Assembly (NCBI RefSeq): GCF_001305675.1
Contig: NZ_CP011853.1
Span: forward strand, 4,061,395 to 4,085,394
Origin: Gordonia phthalatica
Lineage (GTDB): Bacteria; Actinomycetota; Actinomycetes; Mycobacteriales; Mycobacteriaceae
Length of the DNA stretch: 24,000 nucleotides
Reading direction: 5' to 3'
Below the pieces are notes generated by a model. The model did no database searches. It saw only the letters and a list, made by a program, of their open reading frames with translations, and had not been told where the DNA came from. Shown here one piece after another: positions 8,301 through 16,848 of this stretch. The translations under genes were made by a program, and so were the position numbers. The number at the start of each line of letters is the position of its first letter. Position 1 is the first letter of the stretch.

Positions 8301-8319
8301 AACTTACCACCCGGTAAGT
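8301..8319 (-). promoter_or_regulatory. TetR promoter/operator: palindrome ACTTACC-N4-GGTAAGT overlapping -10 TAAGTT, 7 nt upstream of the ATG
   Basis: Minus strand reads ACTTACCGGGTGGTAAGTTAAGCGGT-ATG. Inverted repeat at 8302-8319; -10 TAAGTT corresponds to plus 8301-8306; start codon at 8293. Leaderless geometry. Confidence 0.45.
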
Positions 8320-8324
8320 AATAG

Positions 8325-9569
8325 TCAGTCGCACTTCAGCACGCCCTTCGACTTCAGGATCCGCACGACGGACCGGTCGACGCGCTCGGCGGAGAGCTTG
8401 CCGTCCTTCACCGCCTTCTCGAGGGTGTCGAGCACCGAGCCGACCTGATCGGTGGTGAGCCAGAGGCCGACGTCGGCACCCGCCTTGATCGCCTTGAGCA
8501 CGGCCTGGTCGATCGAGTACTTGTCGGTGATCGCCTTCATCCCGGACAGATCGTCAGTGAAGACGACCCCGTTGAACCCGGGGGCGTCGTACTTCTTACC
8601 GCTGCGCAGCATGCCGATGGCTGCGGGGCTGATGCTGGCAGGCGTCTGCGGTCCGGTGAGGCCGGGGACGATCAAGTGGCCCACCATGACGCCCGCGTTC
8701 CCGGGTGCGCGGAGCAGTTCGCGGAAGGGCACCAGGTCGATCTGCTGCATCTGCGCGAGCGGCGGCGTGACGACGGCGCCGAGGTGCGAGTCGCCCGACC
8801 CGTGGCCGTGCCCCGGGAAGTGTTTGAAGACGGGCATCACCCCGGCGTCCTCGAGGCCCTTGGCGAACGCACCCGCGTACTCGGTGACGACCTTCGGATC
8901 GTTGGAGTACGAGCGGTCGCCGATCACGGCGTCGGCGGGCTCGTCGCTGACGTCGGCAGACGGCGCGAAGTCGACGGTGATGCCGAGCTTCGACATCTTC
9001 CGCCCGGCCTCCTTCGCGATCTGCCGGACCTGCTGCGGCGTCTTGGTCTGCGCCAGCTCCCGCGCCGACGGCATGTCGATGCCCAGGCTCTTGAGCCTGC
9101 TGACGCGGCCGCCCTCCTGGTCGACGGTCACCATCAGCGGAATCTTCCGGCTCTTGGCAAGCTTCGCGGTGGAGCCGTCGGTGAGCATCGACAGATCACT
9201 CCAGCTGCCGATGAAGATGCCGCCGATGTGCTCCTGCTGCACCACCTGCTTCGCATCGGCTGCCCCGGTGACACCCACCACCAGCATCTGCGCCAACTTG
9301 TCGCGCATCGTCATGGCCTTGAGCTCCTCCGCACCGCACGCGGCGGGCTTCGCCGAACTGCTGACCGCGGACGACGTCGTCGACGTCGCCTTCGACGTGG
9401 AGGCAGAGGTCGACGTCGACGCGGCGGTGTTCTCGACCGGGGCGTCCGAGCACGCGGTGGTGACGAAGAGGCCGGCCACCGCGGCGACAGCGAGAACTGC
9501 GCGACCGCCGCGGGCCCGGCGCGAGGACTGAGATGTGAGGGCACGCATCACCCCAGTGTTCCATGCCAC
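8325..9569 (-). CDS. lpqI: Glycoside hydrolase family 3 beta-N-acetylhexosaminidase lipoprotein (LpqI/NagZ-like)
   Basis: GH3 N-terminal domain motif KHFPGHGHGSGDSH. Signal peptide with lipobox-like LFVTTAC, followed by a Ser/Thr-rich linker. Start is ambiguous: GTG at 9569, or ATG at 9548 (MRALTSQSSRRARGGR...). Confidence 0.85.
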   Translation of the reverse strand: MAWNTGVMRALTSQSSRRARGGRAVLAVAAVAGLFVTTACSDAPVENTAASTSTSASTSKATSTTSSAVSSSAKPAACGAEELKAMTMRDKLAQMLVVGVTGAADAKQVVQQEHIGGIFIGSWSDLSMLTDGSTAKLAKSRKIPLMVTVDQEGGRVSRLKSLGIDMPSARELAQTKTPQQVRQIAKEAGRKMSKLGITVDFAPSADVSDEPADAVIGDRSYSNDPKVVTEYAGAFAKGLEDAGVMPVFKHFPGHGHGSGDSHLGAVVTPPLAQMQQIDLVPFRELLRAPGNAGVMVGHLIVPGLTGPQTPASISPAAIGMLRSGKKYDAPGFNGVVFTDDLSGMKAITDKYSIDQAVLKAIKAGADVGLWLTTDQVGSVLDTLEKAVKDGKLSAERVDRSVVRILKSKGVLKCD

Positions 9570-9609
9570 CCCGCCGCTTTCACGGCCGCGACCGGGGCGA
9601 CGAGGATGG

Positions 9610-9615
9610 TAGTTT
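9610..9615 (+). promoter_or_regulatory. -10 element TAGTTT, 6 nt upstream of the ATG at 9622 (leaderless signature)
   Basis: TAGTTT-GGGGCA-ATG. Confidence 0.3.
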
Positions 9616-9621
9616 GGGGCA

Positions 9622-9822
9622 ATGCTGCGTGAACGTCTCCTCTACGGTGCCCTGGCCGGGGTCGCCGGCGTCCTCATCGGCATCGGCGCCGTCTTCCTCG
9701 GTGGGCAGTTGGCCTCCGAGACCAAGCCCGCCACCGACGTCAACAGCTTCAACGCCGACACCGGCTTCGTGCAGGGCTCGGTGGACTACGGCTCCCGCGG
9801 TGACGGCGGGGCCAACCACTGA
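9622..9822 (+). CDS. Small membrane-anchored/secreted protein upstream of aftD (Rv0236A-like by position)
   Basis: 66 aa with a single N-terminal TM (LLYGALAGVAGVLIGIGAVFLGG) and high GC3. Positional equivalent of the small gene between lpqI and aftD in mycobacteria (from memory). Confidence 0.6.
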   Translation: MLRERLLYGALAGVAGVLIGIGAVFLGGQLASETKPATDVNSFNADTGFVQGSVDYGSRGDGGANH

Positions 9823-9851
9823 TCGGTGACGCCTCGCGTCGCCCTCCGAGC

Positions 9852-12800
9852 GTGACCGCCGCCGACCGCACCCTGCGCCGTCGCGACCACCTCGTCATCG
9901 TCGCGGTCGCCCTGCTGATCTCCTTTCTCCAGCGGCCCGGTCGCATCTCCCCGGACACGAAACTCGACCTGACCGCCGACCCCATCGGCTTCCTCACCCG
10001 CGCCGCACACCTGTGGTCGCCCGACGCGCCCATGGGCCAGGTGCAGAACCAGGCGTACGGATACTTCTTCCCGCACGGGTTCTTCTTCGCGGTCGGCGAC
10101 GTGCTGAATCTGCCGCCGTGGATCACCCAGCGACTGTGGTGGGCGATCCTCCTGGCGGCGGGCTTCATCGGCGTGGTGCGGCTCGCCGAGGCGCTGCGGA
10201 TCGGATCGTTCTGGTCGCGATTGATCGCCGCGTGGGTGTTCGTCCTCGCACCGCGGGTGATGACCACGCTGGGCACCATCTCGTCCGAGACGCTCCCGAT
10301 GATGCTGGCCCCGTGGGTGCTGCTGCCGGTGGTGCGCGCACTCGACGACGACCGCGACGACCGCCCACTGTGGCTCGGTGCGGCCCAGTCGGCGTGCGCG
10401 ATCGCCCTGATGGGTGCGGTGAACGCCGTCGCCACGGCGGCCGCGGTCGCTGTCGCCGCACTGTGGTGGCTGATGATCCTGATCCGCGGCGTCGACCGGC
10501 GCAGCACCCTGGTGTTCGGCGGCTGGTGGACGCTCGGGGCGGCCGCCGCCTGTCTGTGGTGGGTGGTGCCGCTGCTGATCCTGTCGCGGATCTCGCCGCC
10601 CTTCCTGGACTTCATCGAGTCCGCGGCGGTCACCACCGAGTGGACCTCGCTCACCGAGGTGCTGCGCGGCACGGATTCGTGGACGCCGTTCGTGTCACCG
10701 GAGCGCGCGGTCGGCGCGGTGCTCGTGTCGGAGCCCGCTGCGGTCGTGGCGACCGGGGTCCTCGCCGCGGCCGGGCTCGCCGGGCTGGCGATGCGGGCGA
10801 TGCCGCACCGTCGCCGACTGCTGATCCTGCTGGTGGTCGGACTCCTCGCGATCTGCCTCGGTTACCCGGGGGCGCTCGGCTCACCGCTGCGCGACACCGT
10901 CGTCGCCTTCCTCGACGGCCCCGGTGCCGCACTGCGCAACATCCACAAGTTCGATCCCCTGGTCCGTCTCCCCCTCGCCCTCGGCGTCGCACATCTGCTC
11001 GCGCGGGTACGGATTCCGGCGCGCACGGGCCCGGCACGCAGGGCGCACGCCGAACGCGGCTTCGCGGCCGCGCTCGTGGTGGTGATCGCCGCGTTCGGGT
11101 CGGGTTCACTGCTGTGGACCGGCGGGCTCGCTCCCGCGCAGAGCTACCGCGACATCCCCGACTACTGGACGCAGACCGCCGACTGGCTGCACGACGCGCA
11201 GCGCGACGCTCCTGCGCCGACGCGAGCGCTCGTGGTTCCCGGCGCCCCGTTCGCCGATCAACTGTGGGGCCTGACCAGAGACGAGCCGCTGCAGGCGCTC
11301 GCGCAGACCCCGTGGGCGGTGCGCGACGCGATCCCCCTGACCCCACCCGGCGCGATCCGCGCGATGGACTCGGTGCAGCGCGCGCTCAGCTCCGGTCGCG
11401 GTTCCCCGGGGTTGGCCGCAGCACTCGCCGAGCAGGGAGTCGGTTACCTGGTGCTGCGCGCCGATCTGGATCCGTCGTCGCGGTCGGCACGACCGCTGGC
11501 GGTGGCGCAGGCCATCGCGCGCTCGCCTGGGCTGTCGGAGGCCGCGCAGTTCGGGCCGATGGTCGCTCCGCCGACCGTCGACGGCGTGGTGGTGGACGAC
11601 GGGCTGCGGCCGAAACTCCCCGCGATCACGATCTATCGGGTCGACGGCGCCGCCGCCGGCCCCACCCTGGTCGACGCCGCCGCGATGCCGCGCGTGAGCG
11701 GTGGGCCGGAAGCGCTGCTGTCCGTGGAGGACTCACGACGTCGCGCCGGGCTTCCGCCATTGGGTCCGGCACTGCTGGCGGCCGACGCCGCCCGCGCGGG
11801 CCTGTCGCCGTCGTCGCCGCTGATCGTCACCGACAGTCCCGTCGACCGCGAGGTGGACTTCGGTCGCGTCGACGACCACTCGTCGGCGATCCGTTCCGCC
11901 GACGATCCGCGTCTCACCAAGAATCGGGTGCCGGACTACCCGGTCGACGGTCAGCCGTCGGTCCGCGCGCAGTGGTTGCTCGACAACCAGCCGGGGCAGG
12001 TCCGCGTCACCAGTTCCGGATCGGCAGCGGACGCCACCCAGCCGGGACGCACTCTGCCCGCGAGTTCCACCGCCGCAGCCTTCGACAACGACGGCGAGAC
12101 CGCGTGGGCGAGCCGCGGGCTGGAGTCAGCGGTCGGTCAGTGGCTGGCCGTGGAGTTCACGCAGCCGCGCAGCGACCTGGCCGTCACCGTCACCACTGCG
12201 AAGGCGCTCGGCCCCGACGTGACCAGCGTGCTGATCTCGACCGATACCGGCAGCACCGTGGCGCAGGGACTGAAACCCGGTGTTCCGACGCGCATCCTGG
12301 CACCCGCCGGGCCGACGCACCGCGTGGAGGTGCGGGCCATCGCGACGGCCGACGGGTCCGGCGGCAATCAGTTCGCCGTCGCCGATCTGGCCTTCTCGGA
12401 CGCGAACACCGGCGTCCCGCTCGCCATCCGGCAGCGGATCGTGTTGCCGACGCTCGACGCCGCGGACGGTGTCGGAGGCTGGGAGTTGGGGCCCGAACTG
12501 GGGCAGCGATCGGACTGCGTGACCGGACCGGGCGGACGGGTCCGCTGCTCGCCGGCCCTCGGCCTGAGTTCGGAGACGCCGGGCGTCTTCAACCGGACGC
12601 TGTCGGTGCCGACCGAGACGACCGTTGCACCGACCGTCACACTGCGTCCGGTTCCCGGGGGCGAACTGGAGGCACTGCTGGCCCGGCCCGGAGCGATCCG
12701 CGCGGAGGGCCGGTCGTCGGTGGCCGATCCCCTCGGCAACGCCTCCGCCGCCGTCGACGGCGACCCGAACACCACCTGGGTGGCCCCCGATCCCGGCTCA

Positions 12801-14066
12801 GCCGGCACCAAGCACCGCCCGGCTCTGACGATGACGCTGCCGCAGGCGCGCGAGATCTCCGGCCTGCGACTGCAGACGCCCTCCGACTATCCGGCACGAC
12901 CGACGAGGGTGACCGTCGACCTGCGCGACGGCGGTCGCCGCGTCGGCTCGACGACGGTGACGGTCGGCGACGACGGTGTCGTCCACTTCCCCGCCCGGCG
13001 CGCCGACACCGTCGTCATCACGGTCACGAAGCACAGCGACCTGATCAACATCAACGCTCTCGGCTTCGCGGAGGACGGGCCGGTGGGAGTCAGCGAGGTC
13101 CAAGTGCTGCCCGGCCCGCCGAATCCACAATTCGACGACGCCCGCCCCGTCCAGATCCGGTGCGACAGCGACCCGACGGGTCCGTACGGACTCGGCATCA
13201 CCGCGTCGGGCCAGGTGCATCGCCTGCAGGTCACGACCACCGCCGGGGCGCTGCGCCGAGGCGAGCCCGTCGTCGCGACGGCGTGTCCCGGACCGCCGCT
13301 GACCCTGGCCGCCGGCGAGCAGGAGCTGTCGGTGAATCCGGGCCTCGCGTTCACCGTCGACGCGGTGTCACTGCCGGTTTCCGGGGCGCCGGTCGCGTCC
13401 GCGCCGGTGACACACCCGCGGGTCGACCGCTGGGATGCGACCCGCCGCGCGGTGACGGTCGACGCCGCTGACGCCGATCGGGTACTGGTGGTTCCGGAGA
13501 GCACCAACCCGGGCTGGCATGCCCGCGTCGACGGCCGGGAGCTGACGACCGTGGTCGTCAACGGATGGCAGCAGGGCTGGCTGATCCCCGCGGGGACCGC
13601 TGGAACCGTGGCGCTGACGTTCGATCTCGACTCCCCTTACCGCTGGGCGCTGGGACTGGGTCTGGCACTGATGGCGGTACTGTTCGCGGTGGTGCTGCTG
13701 GCGCGCCTGGTTCCAGCGCTTGGTCGCGGGGCTTCGACACGCCGCTCGGCCGGCGTCTCGCAGCGGCTCGACCAGCGAGGAGTGGTCATTGCGTCCGCAG
13801 CCGCCGGTCTCCTCTCTGCCTATCTCCTCACCGGCCCGTGGGGCGCCGCGTTGGCGGCCGCCACCGGCATCGTCGTCTGGCGACTCCCGGCACGACGACG
13901 ACCCGTCCTTCCATTCGCGACGATGCTCGCCGCCACCGCCGTCCTCGCGGCGGGACCGTGGCACGGCGGGGCCGCGTACACCGGATACGGGATCTGGGCT
14001 CAGTCGTTCGCACTGATCGCCGTGGCGTCCGCGGCCGCGTCGTCCCTGTTCAGCCGAGAACGGTGA
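9852..14066 (+). CDS. aftD: Alpha-(1->3)-arabinofuranosyltransferase AftD (GT-C membrane domain plus carbohydrate-binding domains)
   Basis: 1404 aa. N-terminus ...SPDTKLDLTADPIGFLTRAAHLWSPDAPMGQVQNQAYGYFFPHGFFF matches the AftD family signature as I recall it. Many N-terminal TMs and C-terminal TMs, with discoidin/F5-8-type-C-like motifs AAFDNDGETAWAS and AAVDGDPNTTWVA. Confidence 0.9.
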   Translation: MTAADRTLRRRDHLVIVAVALLISFLQRPGRISPDTKLDLTADPIGFLTRAAHLWSPDAPMGQVQNQAYGYFFPHGFFFAVGDVLNLPPWITQRLWWAILLAAGFIGVVRLAEALRIGSFWSRLIAAWVFVLAPRVMTTLGTISSETLPMMLAPWVLLPVVRALDDDRDDRPLWLGAAQSACAIALMGAVNAVATAAAVAVAALWWLMILIRGVDRRSTLVFGGWWTLGAAAACLWWVVPLLILSRISPPFLDFIESAAVTTEWTSLTEVLRGTDSWTPFVSPERAVGAVLVSEPAAVVATGVLAAAGLAGLAMRAMPHRRRLLILLVVGLLAICLGYPGALGSPLRDTVVAFLDGPGAALRNIHKFDPLVRLPLALGVAHLLARVRIPARTGPARRAHAERGFAAALVVVIAAFGSGSLLWTGGLAPAQSYRDIPDYWTQTADWLHDAQRDAPAPTRALVVPGAPFADQLWGLTRDEPLQALAQTPWAVRDAIPLTPPGAIRAMDSVQRALSSGRGSPGLAAALAEQGVGYLVLRADLDPSSRSARPLAVAQAIARSPGLSEAAQFGPMVAPPTVDGVVVDDGLRPKLPAITIYRVDGAAAGPTLVDAAAMPRVSGGPEALLSVEDSRRRAGLPPLGPALLAADAARAGLSPSSPLIVTDSPVDREVDFGRVDDHSSAIRSADDPRLTKNRVPDYPVDGQPSVRAQWLLDNQPGQVRVTSSGSAADATQPGRTLPASSTAAAFDNDGETAWASRGLESAVGQWLAVEFTQPRSDLAVTVTTAKALGPDVTSVLISTDTGSTVAQGLKPGVPTRILAPAGPTHRVEVRAIATADGSGGNQFAVADLAFSDANTGVPLAIRQRIVLPTLDAADGVGGWELGPELGQRSDCVTGPGGRVRCSPALGLSSETPGVFNRTLSVPTETTVAPTVTLRPVPGGELEALLARPGAIRAEGRSSVADPLGNASAAVDGDPNTTWVAPDPGSAGTKHRPALTMTLPQAREISGLRLQTPSDYPARPTRVTVDLRDGGRRVGSTTVTVGDDGVVHFPARRADTVVITVTKHSDLININALGFAEDGPVGVSEVQVLPGPPNPQFDDARPVQIRCDSDPTGPYGLGITASGQVHRLQVTTTAGALRRGEPVVATACPGPPLTLAAGEQELSVNPGLAFTVDAVSLPVSGAPVASAPVTHPRVDRWDATRRAVTVDAADADRVLVVPESTNPGWHARVDGRELTTVVVNGWQQGWLIPAGTAGTVALTFDLDSPYRWALGLGLALMAVLFAVVLLARLVPALGRGASTRRSAGVSQRLDQRGVVIASAAAGLLSAYLLTGPWGAALAAATGIVVWRLPARRRPVLPFATMLAATAVLAAGPWHGGAAYTGYGIWAQSFALIAVASAAASSLFSRER

Positions 14067-14478
14067 CCAGCGCGACGACCAGCGCGGTCACCGCGAACGC
14101 ACCGTGGGCCAGAACGACGCCGATCGGGAGGTTCCGGGGAGGCTCGCCCTCCTCACCGGCACGCAGGCGCGTCGCTCGCGGACGGTAGCTGGGGATCCAG
14201 CGGAGGAACATAGTCACCCCCAGCACGGCGGCCAGGAGCATGAACACCAGGGCGGTCCACGCCGCGTAGTCGCGGCCGATCACGACGAACGACACCCACG
14301 CGGTGACGGCGGCGATCCCGAAGACCATGTGTCCGAGGACCAGTTCGGCGGGCAGTCGACGATGGCGACCGCGACCGGTCTTCGCGCTCCGGACCTCGTC
14401 CATCGACATCCAGGCACCGACCGTGACTGCTCCGGTGACGCCGACGCACAGCAGCACGATCAACCCAGTAATGCCCAT
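14050..14478 (-). CDS. Integral membrane protein, 4 predicted TM helices, unknown function
   Basis: 142 aa with four hydrophobic segments separated by Arg-rich loops, in a high-GC3 frame. Its 3' end overlaps the aftD 3' end by 17 nt. Confidence 0.65.
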   Translation of the reverse strand: MGITGLIVLLCVGVTGAVTVGAWMSMDEVRSAKTGRGRHRRLPAELVLGHMVFGIAAVTAWVSFVVIGRDYAAWTALVFMLLAAVLGVTMFLRWIPSYRPRATRLRAGEEGEPPRNLPIGVVLAHGAFAVTALVVALVTVLG

Positions 14479-14485
14479 TGCGGAA

Positions 14486-14491
14486 ACGTTA
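14486..14491 (-). promoter_or_regulatory. -10 element TAACGT, 7 nt upstream of the ATG at 14478 (leaderless signature)
   Basis: Minus strand reads TAACGT-TTCCGCA-ATG. Confidence 0.3.
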
Positions 14492-14517
14492 GACCAGTCG
14501 GGCCACGGACCGCCCGG

Positions 14518-15696
14518 TCAGGCCACGACCGGAGACTCTTCAGCTCGGGCGTCTCGTTGCTCCTCCCACCGTGACAGCCACGACCGCAGCGGTTCTTCGA
14601 CGAAGGCGTAGCTGGCGGCCGAGACAGCGATCGTCGCGACCACGGTCAACACCCATACGGTGACGGAGTGGCCCGCGAACATAGGGATCCCGAACAGACC
14701 GAAGACGATCGACAACACCGCGAGATGCCAGATGAAGATCCCGTACGACCACCGCCCCAGCGCGTTCATAACCGCGGAGTCCAGGAAGGGGAATGGGCCG
14801 TCGGACAGCACCAGCGGCGCCAGGACCGCGTAGGCGGCGACCGCTCCGAGCAGCATCTTCACCACGTACGTCGCGTGGGTCATGTCGCCGAGGCCGACGG
14901 GACCGGCGATCGGAGTGCAGGCGAGGCCGTAGGCGATGACGAAGACACCCAGCATCAGCGGTCGGTTGGCGCTGACCCGCACCACCCTGGAGCACCGATC
15001 GATCCCGGCGACGGCTAGGGCCGCCGTGACCTCCGACAGGAGCAGACCGGCGATGAACCACGACAGATAGCCGGGCAGCCAGTTGCGCGCCTCCACCCCG
15101 GCAGGCAGCGACACGAGTCGCGTAACCCAGGTCCAGCCGAGACTGACGACCGCGATACCCAGCAGCAGCGGTAGGCGACGCCCGGCGCGGACGCCGCGGA
15201 GCCGGTAGAGCGCGAACCCGAACAGCGGCAGCAGCGCGTAGAAGGTCACCTCCACCGACAGGCTCCACATCTGGGTCAGCCCGGGCGCCAGGGTCAGCGG
15301 CACGAAGACCTGTGTCAGGCTCAGGTTCGCCAGCCACACCGTGAGCGACGCGCCGCGCGCCTGCGGCAGCAGCAGGAACACCACCGCGACCACCAGCGTG
15401 TACGCCGGCCAGATGCGGACGAGGCGATGCCGGAAGTAGCGGATCACGTCGGGCCGACGAGGACGGTCGTCCCAGGCCGCGGCCGCGTACGGCCGCCACA
15501 GCAGGAATCCGCTGAGCGCGAAGAAGAGGGCGACGGCGAGGTCGAGCCGACCCAGGACCTCACCGATCACCGGCCACTGCGTCGCCCGCGTCTGGAAGGC
15601 GACGTGCGTCGTCAACACGCCGAGGGAGGCGACGGCGCGCAGCCCTTCGAGCTGCGGGTAGAAGCGCCGGGACGGCGCGGCCGGGATGTCAGTCAT
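14518..15696 (-). CDS. Membrane acyltransferase family 3 (Rv0228/TmaT-like by family and context)
   Basis: MTDIPAAPSRRFYPQLEGLRAVASLGVLTTHVAF... is the typical acyltransferase_3 N-terminus, followed by about 10 TMs. The 546-aa track ORF is a non-coding-looking 5' extension. The alternative ATG at 15756 would overlap the divergent gene's start. Confidence 0.8.
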   Translation of the reverse strand: MTDIPAAPSRRFYPQLEGLRAVASLGVLTTHVAFQTRATQWPVIGEVLGRLDLAVALFFALSGFLLWRPYAAAAWDDRPRRPDVIRYFRHRLVRIWPAYTLVVAVVFLLLPQARGASLTVWLANLSLTQVFVPLTLAPGLTQMWSLSVEVTFYALLPLFGFALYRLRGVRAGRRLPLLLGIAVVSLGWTWVTRLVSLPAGVEARNWLPGYLSWFIAGLLLSEVTAALAVAGIDRCSRVVRVSANRPLMLGVFVIAYGLACTPIAGPVGLGDMTHATYVVKMLLGAVAAYAVLAPLVLSDGPFPFLDSAVMNALGRWSYGIFIWHLAVLSIVFGLFGIPMFAGHSVTVWVLTVVATIAVSAASYAFVEEPLRSWLSRWEEQRDARAEESPVVA

Positions 15697-15741
15697 GTCG
15701 TCGACCAGGGTATCCGCGAGCGCGTCCGCGACGTCGACACA

Positions 15742-15747
15742 TACAGT
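15742..15747 (+). promoter_or_regulatory. -10 element TACAGT, 7 nt upstream of the ATG at 15755 (leaderless signature)
   Basis: TACAGT-CGGTGCC-ATG, with no SD. Confidence 0.35.
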
Positions 15748-15754
15748 CGGTGCC

Positions 15755-16837
15755 ATGTCCGAACGCACCCCCGCCGACGCCCCGCGCTGGTCGGCTCGGG
15801 ATCTGCTGGCGCCGACAGCCTTCTTCCTCGGTGCACTCCTGATCGCGGCGGCGGTCGCGATGGGCCCGATGATCGGGTCCGGCCTCCAGAAGGTGCCGCT
15901 GAGCATCGACCAGACGTCAGTGGCCGACGGCTCCGACGGCAGCACGGTCCTGGACCGCTGCTCCCTCGACGCCCCGGCCGCGACCGTTCTCGAGGCGCAC
16001 CTGCAGCAACGACGTCGGGTGGTGGCGGTGCGCCCGGCCGACTCCGACGTGGTGACCCTGCAGGCCGGGACCGCGCTCGGTGTCGACTCGTACCTGGTGG
16101 ACGGCAAGCGCGTCGACGCCGACAAGGTCTGCAAAGAGGAGACGCTCACCGCGATCATCGACCGGGTGACGCTCGATCGCCGGACCGCGGAGCCGCACGG
16201 ACTCTCCAGCGTTCAGTACGACGACGCTCGCGCCGCCGTCCCGGTCCCGGATCGCCGCGGCCGCACCTACGTCTTCCCGTTCGGCTTCGACGCCGCCGGC
16301 GACTACTTCGATCCGGTCACCAGGCAGACTCTGCCGTTGCAGAACACGGGCGAATCGCAGGTCGACGGTCGGACCGTCGCCCGCCTGCGGACGCTGGTCC
16401 CGGACACCGATCTCGGAGCGCTCGGCACGGACCCGCGCGGGGTGATCGTGAGGCCCGCCTCGTGGTTCGGCCGGTTCCCCGGGGTCGCGCCGACCACCGA
16501 GCTCACCGCGTCGCTGCATCATCGCGCGACCGTCGACCTGTTCGTCGACACCGCCACCGGCGTCATCGTCGATCAACGCGTCGAGATCCACGAGGAATAT
16601 CGCTTCACCGATCAGACCGCGCGCAGCGATCGCAGCCTCGTCGACTACCGCCTCACCAACCTGAACACCGTCCTGACCGGCGACCGCCGAACCCGGACCG
16701 ACGGCGCCGACGCCGCCCGCAGCCGAGCGCGGCCGGTGCGGTGGACCACGGTGATCGGACCCATCGGGCTGGGCGTGCTCGGCGTGTCAGTGCTGGTCGG
16801 CGGCGTGATCGTCGTGCGGCGGTCGACCGCGGGTTAG
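15755..16837 (+). CDS. DUF3068 (PorA-like) membrane protein, Rv0227c-like
   Basis: Internal ATG at 15755 gives MSERTPADAPRWSARDLLAPTAFFLGALLIAAAVA. Architecture is an N-terminal TM, a large extracytoplasmic domain and a C-terminal TM (VIGPIGLGVLGVSVLVGGVIVV), as in DUF3068. Divergent from the acyltransferase, as I recall for Rv0227c/Rv0228. Confidence 0.75.
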   Translation: MSERTPADAPRWSARDLLAPTAFFLGALLIAAAVAMGPMIGSGLQKVPLSIDQTSVADGSDGSTVLDRCSLDAPAATVLEAHLQQRRRVVAVRPADSDVVTLQAGTALGVDSYLVDGKRVDADKVCKEETLTAIIDRVTLDRRTAEPHGLSSVQYDDARAAVPVPDRRGRTYVFPFGFDAAGDYFDPVTRQTLPLQNTGESQVDGRTVARLRTLVPDTDLGALGTDPRGVIVRPASWFGRFPGVAPTTELTASLHHRATVDLFVDTATGVIVDQRVEIHEEYRFTDQTARSDRSLVDYRLTNLNTVLTGDRRTRTDGADAARSRARPVRWTTVIGPIGLGVLGVSVLVGGVIVVRRSTAG

Positions 16838-16848
16838 GTCGTGTTGGA

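Noticed and set aside
10013-13471. 1152-aa ORF and many smaller ORFs inside aftD
   Set aside because: Arg/Pro-rich alternative frames. The 1404-aa frame carries the AftD N-terminal signature, TM helices and discoidin-like motifs.
15697-16158. 5' extension of the acyltransferase ORF to 546 aa
   Set aside because: The extension is Ser/Arg/Thr-rich, overlaps the divergent DUF3068 gene, and precedes the canonical acyltransferase_3 N-terminus, which begins at the Met at 15696.
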